Source of the DNA: Euprymna scolopes
Taxonomy: Eukaryota
NCBI GenBank assembly: GCA_053919585.1
Contig: CM132795.1
Strand: one strand, 5' to 3'
Length of the DNA: 64,000 nt
Of the stretch, positions 1-12,706 are shown one piece after another; within the stretch, counting starts at the first letter, position 1, and every line of letters begins with the position of its first letter. The position numbers and the translations under genes are program-made. The notes under the pieces were generated by a model. The model had not been told where the DNA came from, ran no database searches, and saw only the letters and a program-made list of their open reading frames with translations.

Positions 1-97
1 TATAGTTCTTTCTCCCCTTCTCTTATTCTATATTTCTATCTCCAACCATAGTTCTCTCTCCCCTTCTCTTATTCTATATTTCTATCTCCAACTATAG
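1..97. repeat. 46-bp tandem repeat (about 2 copies, cut by the window edge)
   Basis: YATAGTTCTYTCTCCCCTTCTCTTATTCTATATTTCTATCTCCAAC at 1-46 and 47-92, then TATAG. Confidence 0.85.
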
Positions 98-319
98 ATT
101 AAATTGTATTTCTGCTTGCGCCCATATGACCTTCTATTTATAATAGACTAATCTAATATCTTTATCATCTTTTTTATTTATTACACTTGACTCTTAATAA
201 ATAAGTAGAAAAAGACGGAAGTGAACGTCATTTGCGACGTATAGAATAATAGCGAAACAAAAATACATTGACCAAGTAGCATACCGTAAAAGAAGGTAAA
301 AATGATAGACAGACACTTA

Positions 320-1100
320 GTCTACCGTTTCGTCTTATTACGATTCTCATCTCCGTTCTCGCTGCTATTTTCATTGCTACTCTTGTATCCATTCTCGTGC
401 TGTTCTTGTGTTCATTTTCTAATCACGTCTACGTTCTTGTCACTGTTCTCTCCATTCCTGTTTTTGTTATTTGTCTTCATTCTCATCTCTTCTCGTTTCC
501 ATCTTCATTGCTGTTCCTGTCTTCGTTCTTGTCTTTGTCCCCTTCTCCCTCTCATTGCCGTTCCTCTATTCTCGCCACTGTTCCGACAGCGGTCCTCGTT
601 CCTATTCTCGCTGTTCACATATCCATTCTCGTTGCTGTTCTTGTACTCATTCTAGTCTCTGTCCTTGCCTCCGTTTCTGTCAGTTGTTTCCATCCTCATC
701 TTCATTCTCGTTACGGTTCACATCTCCGTTCTCGTCTTTTTTCTTATCTCTGTTCTTGTTCTTGGCATTCTTGTCATCCTACTTTTTTCTGTCCTAATCT
801 TTGTTCTCGTTTGCGTTTTCACAATCCTTCCCATCGACTTGCTCATTGCTGTTCTTGTCTCCATTTACGATTTCATACTCGTCACAGTTCTTGTCCCTGT
901 TATCGTCTCCGTTATCGTCGGTATTCTCATCTCTGTTATCACCTCTGCTCTTGTCTCTATTCTTGTTTCAGTTACCGTCACTGTTCTCATATTCTTTGTC
1001 ATCTTTGTTCTCGTTTCAGTTCTTATTTCCGTTCTCCTTACCGTTCTCTGCGCTGTTTTTGTCTATGTTTTCGTCTCCGATCTGGTCTCGGTTCTTATAA
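320..1100. repeat. Degenerate pyrimidine-rich hexamer-type simple repeat (TTCTCG/TTCTTG-like); resumes at about 2755-2845 after the LINE
   Basis: Periodic TTCTYG/TCGTC words; this explains the overlapping low-complexity ORFs at 302-1119. Confidence 0.8.
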
Positions 1101-2082
1101 TTTTGTAATTATTGAATGAAACTAGTTTAGTCTTGGCAGCATTGAACGCGACCAACCACTTTTGTCCCCATTCGACCACAGATTGGAGGTCTTCCTCTAG
1201 TGTTTCTACCATTTCTTTAGATATGTGTTCATTCGTCTTCCTGTCGTGCCTGCCATAGAGTGTAGTGTCATCAGCATATATACCCATCTCAGAGGCAATT
1301 TTGTCGGGGAGGTCGTTTATGAATATCAGGAACAATAGAGGTCCAAGGATAGAATCCTGGGGCACTCCCGCATTTATATCATATTGTTTAGATGTACAAC
1401 CGTCGAGGACAACCTGGATTTTTCTCTTATCTAAGAAGGATTTAATTATGTTAAGTATTCTACCAGTGATACCGTATGATCTAATTTTCCTGAGGAGACC
1501 CTCATGCCATACCCTGTCAAAAGCCTTAGATATATCTAGAGCTACCGCTCTGCCCTCCCCCGCTTTGTCCAGCGAATGGTATATACGTTCAGAGATTACA
1601 GTTAGGATGTCTGCTGTGGAACGGGCTTGTCTAAATCCATATTGTTGGTCAGTCAGAAGTTTAGCATCTGTAAGATGATGGACTAGAGCATGGTTAATTA
1701 AGGTCTCAAATATTTTGGCAAAAAGTGGGAGGAGGCTAATGGGGCGATAATTTGATGGGTCAGTCCTTTCGCCAGAATTCTTGAATACTGGTACAACAGA
1801 AGCAGTTTTCCAACAGCCCGGAAAGCAAGCTTCATTTAGGCATTTGTTGTAGAGTTTGGAGAGAACTGGAGCTACTTCGGCTGAGCACTTTTTTAATAGC
1901 ACAGCTGGGATGAGATCGGGTCCACATGCTTTTGAAGTGTCGAGGTTTTTTATGATAGCATGCACCTGAGCAGGGGTGGTTTTCAGATCGTCTAGCGTGG
2001 CGTCTGTCCGCATAGGAATGTCAGGTAGGGGGTGGTTGGAAGGGTCCAGTGTGGAGTTTGAGGCAAACCGACTGACAAGCAT
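1063..2082 (-). pseudogene. Non-LTR reverse transcriptase fragment (339-aa open frame; the last ~11 aa come from host repeat)
   Basis: Canonical non-LTR RT motifs including YADD; the frame leaves the element after VSFNNYK. Confidence 0.9.
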
Positions 2083-2755
2083 GTTAGCCTTGTCGGTTGC
2101 TGAGGAGACAACCTTGTGATTGTTGGTTAGTGGGGGAATTGTTGATTGCCCATTATTTACTACACTGTTGTAGATTTTCCAGAAGTCTCGAGTTCCTAGT
2201 TTTTATGCTTCGATACGCTTCTTAGTGGTTTCCGTAAATTCTTTCTTAGCTGTCGCTATTTCTTTCTTAACGTTATTTCTAGCTTCTATATACTTCAGTC
2301 TGTTTGAACTGGACTTATGTCGGTTAAACATATGGTATGCATGCTGCTTTTGAGCAATGGCAGTTGCACAAGTCGACGTAAACCATTGGGGAGAGTGGGG
2401 CTTACTATAAAATTTCCGCATGGGAACATGCGCTTCGATTGCAGTTTTGAACCAGTCAGTGCTCTCGTTTGCACATTGTTCAACAGGAAGAAAAAAATAT
2501 TTCTCCATGGGGCATCTCTAATTAGTTCCCTGATGGCTTCCCAGTCAGCCTTTTTATAATAGCTCGTTGTTTTGAGCACTGGCTCTACAGTTTTGGCTCT
2601 AGAGTTTAGGGCGATTTCAACCATTATCACTGCATGATCAGCGTTCCCGAGTGGGCTGAGGGGCTTCGTTATGCAGTCATCGGAAACTGTGGTCAAAAAC
2701 AGATCTAGAAGTGATGCGTGTTGTTCTTCCTGTTCAGGGAAACGGGTTGTTTTCA
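1101..2755 (-). mobile_element. CR1/L2-group LINE internal fragment (end of endonuclease region to RT domain), truncated at both ends
   Basis: ORFs 2295-2756, 2203-2508 and 1063-2082 give LLDLFLT...LGNADH, KACGPD, NYRPISLL, QYGFR, LDISKAFDRVWH, GVPQDSILGPLLF and YADD; frameshifts and stops separate the ORFs. Confidence 0.95.
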
Positions 2756-2851
2756 TCTATTTTCTTTGTCTTCATTTTTGCCTCTGTTCTCGTCTGCGTT
2801 GTCGTAACCGTTCTTGTCTATCCCCAGAACCATCTCCGTCTTCTATAAGCC

Positions 2852-2855
<4 letters not shown>

Positions 2856-2923
<68 letters not shown>
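2856..2923. repeat. (TA)n microsatellite
   Basis: Direct. Other (TA)n tracts at about 18162-18198, 31141-31180, 31927-31988, 41793-41832 (followed by (TG)n to 41873), 43165-43202, 48658-48725 and 63315-63388. Confidence 0.99.
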
Positions 2924-2927
<4 letters not shown>

Positions 2928-4028
2928 AAGCAGCCGAATCGCGAAGTTATTGCAACGAACGCTAAAAAGTTCCAGTTGCTTACCCTCTTTGCTTCATTAG
3001 AATTAGCTTTCTTTGTTACTTCCCAAAGCAAGTGAAGTGTTGGCTCAAAGTGTTTTAAACAATTAAAAAAAAATTTCAAACCACAAAGATGTTGTAACAA
3101 GTCTGTGTGAAATTAGTAAACCAGTCTGAACTTAAAATATCTATGTGACCTGGTCACCAAAATCAGTTTTCTCCAGAATTTTGAAGCCGTCGCACCTTGA
3201 ACAGAGCTATAAGAACGTGTCTTCTACAAAACTCACCAACTTCATTCATCTCACTCACACTAACAAGTGGAAAGTAAAGAAAACCCAATTGCTACTTACA
3301 GCTATACACGCAGTAACAAGAACAAGGTAACCCCATACACATGTTCACAACGGAACTTTGAAACGAACTTTCTGACACTTTTGTCCACTACTTATACAAG
3401 AACTTTAAAACTTCCCAACAAACTTTTGTCTTTTAGAGTATATTTTTACATTCCTGTAAAATTGTCGATTAATTGTATTTCTGTAAAATTGTTAATTATC
3501 TTAATTAATATATTTGTTTACATATAATCATGATTTCTCGCTTTCATTTTAAACATCCCGTTGTTGAGTCAGCTTTCGCTAACTGGTAACCCATTTATAA
3601 CATCTATGTTTTATCTAACTTTCTGGATTGCTAATTTAACTTAATGTATATTAATTGTTAGCGCTATTCTTGTTACTTTTCAAAGACGTTACTATTGGCA
3701 AAAATATAATATCCGAGACTAAAATCGGCACTACAATATTATATTGATATGTACCGCTGGCCATCAATGAATACGATATATAATTACGTACAAAACGCCA
3801 TTTAATTAAAACAAATACTTCAATCAATGTAGAATAACGCCTTGTTTTTTGGACGTTCCCACGCGTGCACATGTTTCAGCGATCCGTCCAGACTATAGAC
3901 TGTTATAGAAATATTTTTGGCATGATTTTTGCATTAATTAAATGAAATGAATTAAATGAATAACTAGACCTTAGGAGATTTCTTCAATATGTTCTCTCAG
4001 TAAGTTGCAAGGCCAAAAGTGTTGAGAA

Positions 4029-4032
<4 letters not shown>

Positions 4033-4076
<44 letters not shown>

Positions 4077-4110
4077 CACACACAAACACACACACACAAA
4101 CACACACACA
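4033..4110. repeat. (GA)n followed by (CA)n microsatellite
   Basis: Direct. Confidence 0.95.
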
Positions 4111-5125
4111 CTTATTTTAGTGATTTCATGTTGTGTCAACTAATCTTAAAAAATATGTACTGCCACATTCAAGCTTTGCTCAAGATAACCAAAAATTGAC
4201 AATCTCCATTCTTTCCATTACAGGTTCGATATAATTTTCACCTACTTTTAAAGGATTTCCCTTCTCACTTATTCTAGATTATTTCAAGGTAAGCAACGTG
4301 ACACCTTCATAATATTTGTTCAAAACATATCTTATTAACCACATTTATACGAGGAAATGAATTTAGGTGACATATGTATGTTTTACTCCTAGCTGATTAC
4401 AATCAATATAAATCAATCAGGTGAAATGAGACTCAACACAAAAAGTAAGTTATAACAAGATTAATGTAGTATCAATATTTGCTTACTTCTCGCCTGGTTA
4501 CTATTTCTAGAGTCTTTTATGAACTGAGTAATCCGGACTCAGGAGGTGTCAGGATTTTCCACTATATAAATGTACTAGCAAACGATTCCGCCAATTAAAC
4601 AGATGTTGCTAACACGTGCACATTTTAATTAAAACGAAATCATAGAGAAACTAAAACGACTTTTTTCATAGAACTACCTAAGATAATCGTACAGTATTCC
4701 AGAAGTTAAAGTTTTCTTTATTTTAACGCACAGCCGCCAGTTTAAAACGACACAACCACAATCCGATTAGAGGTATTTGACGCCCTGGAGTCGTACTTAG
4801 TCATGTTTATTGACGCGCGTATTGTTATATGTAGGAGTTTTGGCTTCAAAGTTTTAACTTGCTTCTGGGTTAAATTCGCCATATTTCAATTGAAATTATA
4901 TATTTTAAATATTCACAATTATGTGTACCTTTTATTAATCTTTCTATTAACGTATTTCTCCATCCGTATCTGTCTCGTGTTAGACGTATACTGCAATATG
5001 CAGTCCAGGATTTCTCCACAAAGTGTTCTCCCACTTTCAACTCGTACAATACCTGGTCACGCTCATATTAAAGGGACTTTAGAAGCTTACTAATAACCGA
5101 CAGCTAGTAAAGTAAGAACACTCAC

Positions 5126-5226
5126 CTTTTCTTTCAGCCTGATCATTTCAACACAGTATGTTGTTTTGCACACGTTTTCCTCTTCTTTTATGAATCGCTC
5201 CTTCCATGAGGTCATCAGACCTAAGC
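5126..5226 (-). other. Possible exon of an unidentified minus-strand transcript
   Basis: ACAG acceptor, perfect AAG|GTGAGT donor and one open frame LGLMTSWKERFIKEEENVCKTTYCVEMIRLKEK; no recognisable homology. Confidence 0.25.
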
Positions 5227-6729
5227 CTGTCATTAAGAATTCCGTTATACATCTATCGTAACATTTTCATATCATTTTTCTACTCGTGCAATACATATTT
5301 AACCTTCACTGACGAGTTTTAACGTCATCTTACTTCGTACACGTGTCTGCTATACCCCTCTGTTAATAAACAGTGTTAACGCTCTGCTGGTTAATAATGT
5401 CAGTAAATAATCCATTTTCACATTCATTAATTCTTACTTTCTTAAGTATTTATATTTCATTCGTATTATTTGTATCCTTCGAACTATTGTTCTCATATGG
5501 AGTGTAATTTTCGCAATGTTTCGGTCGATGTAACTTCTTCCTTCTTCAATCGCATCTTATCAAACTTGCAATCTTTCTGTCAAACTCGAGAATCTTTCTG
5601 TAGAACTCAGGAATCAGTACAGAATTTCGAACGGGGCCCTTTATTTAATCTAAAGGCATAGCGTGCTCTAGTTTCGTCAACCATGACCGGGTAGAAGTCC
5701 TAAGTAATTCGCAATTGTATTTTGAGTGTCGCCCGCACTGAGGATTTACTCTACATTTCCGGAAGAGTGTAACATTTTTACAACTTAATTTTATTGAGTA
5801 CTTTATCCGCTACGACACACGTCCTTGCGGAAATTGCATCGACCGAATCGTTGTGAAAATAACGCGCAATATAATAACAGTAGTCCGAAAAATCTAAGTA
5901 ATACGAATAATTAATTCTTGACGAAAATGAACTCAGTTCCATAAATTTCTGCAGTTGGTATCAATACTTATCATAATTTCTTTTTAATTCCTTTATGTTG
6001 ATATTGATTCACACACTCACGAGAGAGACCATGTTAAAGTTGCCAATATTTCTGTGATATGATCTGAATCGGACGTGGCACGAACACTGCACATCAGTCC
6101 ATAATGGTTATTAATTTATCATTCTTTTCCTTTTGAAAATTTGCTGCAGAGATGCTTCAAGGTAGCAACGCCTTTGAAACTGACTGGTAGACGAAGCGAA
6201 CACCTCAAGACAAAATCAAGAGAGACGCAAATAGATTTTCGCTTCCGTCTTAATAAGCACCATTCAGTTGCACACCTCTAATCTTATCTGCGCATCTGAA
6301 CTCCACCTTCAAGTTCATACGTGTACACAGTCATTATTTCCACACGAAATGTTTTCTTACATAGATATCACGAAAATACAAACCATAAAATAGACATTCT
6401 TTAGAAAAGATTATTTAGCACTTGTGCATTTCTGTTATTTAGGAAAATTATATCATTTTTTTTTTAATTTTTGAAAAACTCTTTTATGAAGAAAAAGAAA
6501 CAAGATTAATTAGACCCTAAACTTTTTCAAACATTTTTTCCGAAACTGGATGTGAGTACATATATGCGCGGTATCATTTTTTTTTGTTAACTTTGGGCTA
6601 GACTAAATCTACCCAATTTTTATAGTTTCGAAAACTGCCACTTTCTACCGAGGCATGGTGGAGATTTCTCAATTTAATTTTTATTCAATACCTGTTCAGA
6701 TAATACAAGTTTTTCGTTTTGCTATTGTA

Positions 6730-7410
6730 CAGGGTAGAAAGATAAAGTTGTCGCCACACAGAAAACAACTTTACAGCTTTATTTTAAAACTTAAAAAAAA
6801 ATATCAAATATCAATTTAGGTTACTTGATTATGTATTAGAGCTGACATCGATTCAATGTAAGCGCCTTCAGCCCTATCATCGTCTCAATGCGGGTCCGGA
6901 ACTGGAAGTATGCCTTTTCTAAAATTACCGGCGGGAGCTCGGCGGATGGTGACGATCAGGCAGGCTTTGGTGTAGTGGAAGGTAATGTTAGTGATGTCTT
7001 CGACGTATGACCAAACGAAGTAGTTCAGCGGTTCAGGTTGTGAGAGGAGGCGGTCAGTAAGAGAAAAGTACAAAGTCGTAGCACTACTTTTGAAGCCAAA
7101 CCTGCGTCTCTTTGGACCTGTGGGCCGGTGCTGAGTCTTGCTACTACAACCAGGACTTGTCAGCGACCACTTGATTGCACCAGGGGATCATCAAACTCTT
7201 AAGCACATCCAGCTACAGCTTTGTGTTAACTTTCAAGCTGACTTCGAAGATGTGAGGTGGCATGATGTGGTTCCTACTTAAAACCACAACAAAGACCTTA
7301 ACTGTGGCCGAAAATTTTGTTTTCATCACTCTAGACACGTCTCTGTTAGTCGTAGCAATCCAGCGATGCATTTTGAGGGCGGGATTGTGCTGTTTTTGCT
7401 GGGACGACGA
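6730..7410 (-). mobile_element. maT/DD37D-like (IS630-Tc1-mariner) transposon relic, 3' half
   Basis: Minus-strand translation HIMPPHIFEVSLKVNTK..LDVLKSLMIPWCNQV...QDSAPAHRSKETQVWLQ...PLNYFVWSYVE with stops; terminus TA|CAGGGT at 6728-6735. Confidence 0.85.
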
Positions 7411-8859
7411 TTTTATTATGTATCTCCGTATTACTTTAGTGCATTCGTTTTTATCTAAAAGTTACGTAAAAAATTGATATCTTAAGATAAGGTTTTCTTG
7501 AGTTGTCTCCCCTGTTCTGAAATAGTTCTTTACAAATGAAAAAAAACAAAAACAAAAAAAACGTATGTCCAAAATAATCGAAGTGACGGGGGATTTTGTT
7601 TTTGCTGTTGTCTCAGTTGATATGAATCACATAATTATGTAACGTTTTTTGAGTTGACCTGTAAATTTGAAGTTGATTGGATCAAATTTCGTATTGATCT
7701 TTTAAGTTGATTTAATATTTAAAATAAATAAACTTCATTCTTTTAAATTTTAAAGTGATATTTGATGATTGAAACTCACCTTTGTTTTCAAAAATGTTAA
7801 ATCTATCTCAATCATCTATCAGAAAATTCAATAGTAGATACAAACACAAGCGCGCATACACACACGCGCGCGCAAGCATATATATTATCTTTTTGTAAAT
7901 TTATACATTACAATTTCTCTGAGGCGTACCGAGACTTAATTTTTAAGAACGGAAATTGAGATAAATAAATGACCCTCGCATTAGACAATAATGAAGTAAA
8001 AAATAGTAAAATATGACTAAGAAGACGGTTTCGCCAACCTGTCGTAAATATGGAACTTCTATTACAAAATAACATTGCATTTTTGTAGACTGACTGTTCC
8101 TCTGTTCTTTGATTTCTTCTCATTTTCCTCGATTTCTGAGGCGCTGGATACTTGGTACATGACAGTCAATGAATGTGGATGTTCATGCAGTTTGCTTGGA
8201 GACGCAACTCTTTTTGATTTTATTTTACTAACTTAACTGAAATAGTTTTCAGAAATTAATCAAGACAGATTTCTGATATTTCAGTTTCATATGTGTAATT
8301 AAAATGATTGTGGGAGGTGGCTGTATGTTTATAAATTCAAATTTCCAAATTACAGTATACAGAAAATAAAGGAGGAGTTAAAAATGTTAAATCCTTCTAA
8401 GAATTCCGAAACGCAGTAGATGCTATTTATTTCCATCTTACGACGGGGAGATGTGACACAAGCGCCCAGGAGGAAGAACACTCTGACCGAAAAATAATTG
8501 TCTGAACAGCCGCAACAACGCTCTCTAGAATAGGCACATTTTGCGATTATCAAGTAAAATAGCTCCCTTTTTGAAAATTTTGAGAAGGCAAGACCTGAGT
8601 AAATTGATTCCCTAGAATTGCAAAGGAACATACATTAGATTGATAGCGAACAACATATTATAAAATATAGCATGTTTTATGGTTTCATTTTTATAGATGT
8701 GGTAGGAATTAAGCGCATGGGTTTTAAAAGCGCTTGGGCATAAAATTTTTATATGACTATTCGACACAAGTTAGAAATTATTCAGAAAATTTTGTTATTT
8801 TAAGAAGTTAACAACTCGCAAAAAAGGAACATATTGTTAGATTTACACTGACCGGTGTG

Positions 8860-9870
8860 TTGATAAACTATTGTCATCGTTCCCGTTTCTACCGTTGATA
8901 AACCATCGTCGTCGTTCCCGTTTCTCCCGTTGATAAACCATCGTCGTCGTTCCCGTTTCTACCGTTGATAAACCATTGTCGTCGTTCCCGTTTCTACCGT
9001 TGATAAACCATTGTCGTCGTTCCCGTTTCTACGGTTGATAAACCATCGTCATCGTTCCCGTTTCTACCGTTGATAAACCATCGTCGTCGTTCCCGTTTCT
9101 ACCGTTGATAAACCATTGTCATCGTTCCCGTTTCTACCGTTGATAAACCATCGTCATCGTTCCCGTTTCTACCGTTGATAAACCATTGCCATCGTTCCCG
9201 TTTCTACCGTTGATAAACCATCGTCATCGTTCCCGTTTCTACCGTTGATAAACTATCGTCGTCGTTCCCGTTTCTACCGTTGATAAACCATCGTCGTCGT
9301 TCCCGTTTCTACCGTTGATAAACCATTGTCGTCGTTCCCGTTTCTACGGTTGATAAACCGTTGTCGTCGTTCCCGTTTCTACCGTTGATAAATCATCGTC
9401 GTCGTTCCCGTTTCTACCGTTGATAAACCATCGTCGTCGTTCCCGTTTCTACCGTTGATAAACCATTGTCGTCGTTCCCGTTTCTACCGTTGATAAACCA
9501 TTGTCATCGTTCCCGTTTCTACCGTTGATAAACCATCGTCATCGTTCCCGTTTCTACCGTTGATAAACCATCGTCATCGTTCCCGTTTCTACCGTTGATA
9601 AACCATTGTCGTCGTTCCCGTTTCTACCGTTGATAAACCATCGTCGTCGTTCCCGTTTCTACCGTTGATAAACCATTGTCGTCGTTCCCGTTTCTACGGT
9701 TGATAAACCGTTGTCGTCGTTCCCGTTTCTACCGTTGATAAATCATCGTCGTCGTTCCCGTTTCTACCGTTGATAAACCATCGTCGTCGTTCCCGTTTCT
9801 ACCGTTGATAAATCATCGTCGTCGTTCCCGTTTCTACCGTTGATAAACCATTGTCATCGTTCCCGTTTCT
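8860..9870. repeat. 35-bp minisatellite, about 29 copies
   Basis: Unit TTGATAAACCATYGTCRTCGTTCCCGTTTCTACCG; very homogeneous, no spacers. Confidence 0.98.
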
Positions 9871-11929
9871 CTGTGAATCCGCTCATTCAGACGCCGAAAT
9901 TTAAGTTCAGTAAATGTTTATTACTATTGTAGTCTTCTAGGCTGGTAATAATCAAGACGACCACATCGTTATATTTAACAAAAAATGTATTAGCAAAAGT
10001 ATATTACAAAATTACACGTCGTGATTCCGGAGTCTATATCTGTCACGAATCCTTATACAATAACGTGTTAGTCTCTGTGTAATTCCGTTATTCTATGAAT
10101 AGTTATATCAGCATTACATCTGCTAAGAAAAGAATAAGAGAAGGAATGTCAGAAAGATAGATAATTAGACATATTCGTTGCTATACATCTAATTTCATTT
10201 TGCAGACGCATTTCACCTGTTCCAAGTCTCGCCATAAAATAAAAGTAAGAAAATCTGCAAACGTTTTATTTACTGAGGTGCAACCCAAACTATTCCATTC
10301 AAAAATGGCCATTGTTATAATACAATATATCCTCATTCCAAATTAATATATGTTTCCCACTACAGTCAACTGTATATGACTCTAATTTAGCAATATTTCA
10401 CAAATTTACATTTCCCAAGATCATTTTAAAATAAACAAGGTGACAACAAAAACAAAATGGATCTCTTAATTATAAGCCCGTTGTTGAACGGATCGTATAG
10501 GTAGTGCTTTATAGTCCCTGTTTCGTGTTCATCGTCTCTTGAGAGTGAAAATTGTTTTATTATATTTTGTCTGAAGTGATGGTTCGCAAAACATAGGATT
10601 AAAATTTTGTTGAATGACCCAACTAGAAATTAAAAAAAAATAATGTGATCAAAATAAAAAAAAAATCAAACTTTTTATGAGAGTCGCTCAAGACAAGGTA
10701 TGAAGCTACTTGATGTAAGGAATTAAAAATAACAAAATGTGCTTTTCGAAAAGGCAGGAAATGCATACTGCTTGTAGTCTTGAACCTTGAAAAGACCAAC
10801 GTAGGAGGAAAACAGTCAGCAGGCGAGTAGTTGCACAAGACTGAAGTTTTAGGAAGGAAACTATTGGAATAGGAAGTTGTCTCATATCGATATATCAGAA
10901 CAAGGAATTGAGAAATAACAATTCTTTGTAAATTACGAACATTTGGAAGGTTTTCTGATTTCGAGTAATTTTACCTCTGAATATGACCTGAAAACTTCCA
11001 ACTTCAAATAAATATAATTTTGAAACATGTTGGAATTATAGGCAATTCTACAGCACCGTTTTGCTGAATTCTACGTAAAAATTAAAATCCACGTATAATT
11101 AAATTAATTCTATTAAAGAGAATATTAGAAATGACTATTAATTTTAGCATTTGTTTTGCACAGTACATTTTTCCTTTTACAGTTTACTTGGTCGTTTATT
11201 TATTTAATTGCGCACGTGCTCGCATGATTGCAATATACTGTTTGCAAGGAGACTTCAAGTGCGCTTGTTCATGTAGAATTCGCGAATCTTCAAGCCGACT
11301 CTTAAACTATCCGTTGCATACCATCTATTTGTAAACGGCTTGAGATGAATTTCTCGTTACTGAACAATCGTGCTGACGCATGACACTGAAAAGAATTCAA
11401 ACTTATAATTAAATAGTAGAGCTACCTGGCGTTTCCCAAGGTCATAAAAATAAATAGAAGCTAGATGATGTGTGAAACATCGTTATATTAAAAAAAAAAC
11501 TTACCTCTCATCCCCCTCTCTATTTCCCTAACTGTATTTTTATCTTAATCTCTGCCCCTATCTCATATTTTGTCCTTTTCCTCAACTTTTTTTTCCACCT
11601 TCGTCCAACCCATTGCCACCTCCTCTATCTTTCATGTTGATGTGTTGAAAAAAGTTTCTATAGCAATCTATTTTAAATGCAATATTGTAATCTTTCATTT
11701 ATTTGTCCTGGGCAATGCAGAGCAACATAAAACAGAACTACATTTTTTATGCCAATTCCATTCACCTGCTTTCATAATAATATAAAAAAGAAATTATGTT
11801 GATAATGAAAATAGTCTAAAGACATTGAATTTAATATTATAGGTTACATTTATTGATGATAGGCCACCCATATTAGAACAAAAGAGTATGCTATCCCCGT
11901 CAATTCACTATAAAATAACATAAAGTAAT

Positions 11930-12706
11930 TGTTACGTAGCGAGGATACTCAAACGGACGGTATATAATATAAAGGGGTTTGAAACGGCACCAACTGTTAT
12001 GTTGTATACTGATGTGTATATAACCACCATGGCCGTATAACAAGCGTATATATGTTTGTCTCGTCTCTCTATATATACAGATATCCATTTAACAGATCTG
12101 TGTTTCGATAATGAGTCTCTATGAGTGTTAACGTTCTGCGTGTAATTCATCCAGTGTATTCTCTATTGGGAGTTGATGCGTGCATACATAAATTAACAGT
12201 TTATAGACATCATTGTCGGTTAGAGCAACATCAAAAACATATCTCAAAGTTTCTTACGTGCGTCCTAAAATTGAAGGTGTTTCTCTCCGAAAGTGAAAAC
12301 GCTCAGCCAGAAATGATATTTTTGAATATAATCCTTTATTTTGCTGCGTTCTTTTTCAGAGTTGTCACGCTTTGTATATGATTGCAATTTACCAAGATGT
12401 CCCCTTTCTGATCTCCAGCGTTTACATCTCAATATCTATATTTTTATTACATCATTACTACACGTAGCGTAAAGATCCTTGTTGGGTATTTTGTCAAGTA
12501 TATTTGCTTATATTATGATTAGCTTAAATTCCATCTGTCAAATTAACATCAAGTTAACATTCCTGGCAACTATTAAATGTAAATATTTCGACTTTACATA
12601 ACATTTTTTTACATCCTTAAAATACTCTATATATCAATATACTTTTACTAATCATAATAATCGACTATTATAATTTCATCACAATAATCGGCTATTTTAA
12701 TAGTTT
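11930..12706 (+). repeat. Unclassified ~0.7-0.8 kb interspersed repeat, copy 1
   Basis: Colinear with 15036-15693 (GTTACGTAGC...CACCAACTGTTATGTTGTATACT...TTTAATAGTTTC). Confidence 0.85.

Noticed and set aside
302-1119. Five overlapping hydrophobic or Cys/His-rich ORFs
   Set aside because: They are by-products of a stop-poor simple repeat open in several frames; no domain evidence.
3177-4288. Plus-strand exon pair 3177-3327 and 4224-4288
   Set aside because: Splice sites are plausible, but the joined peptide is short, terminates early and is unrecognisable.
8860-9870. CRISPR-like appearance of the 35-bp array
   Set aside because: Monomers are contiguous with no unique spacers; there are no cas genes and the context is eukaryotic.
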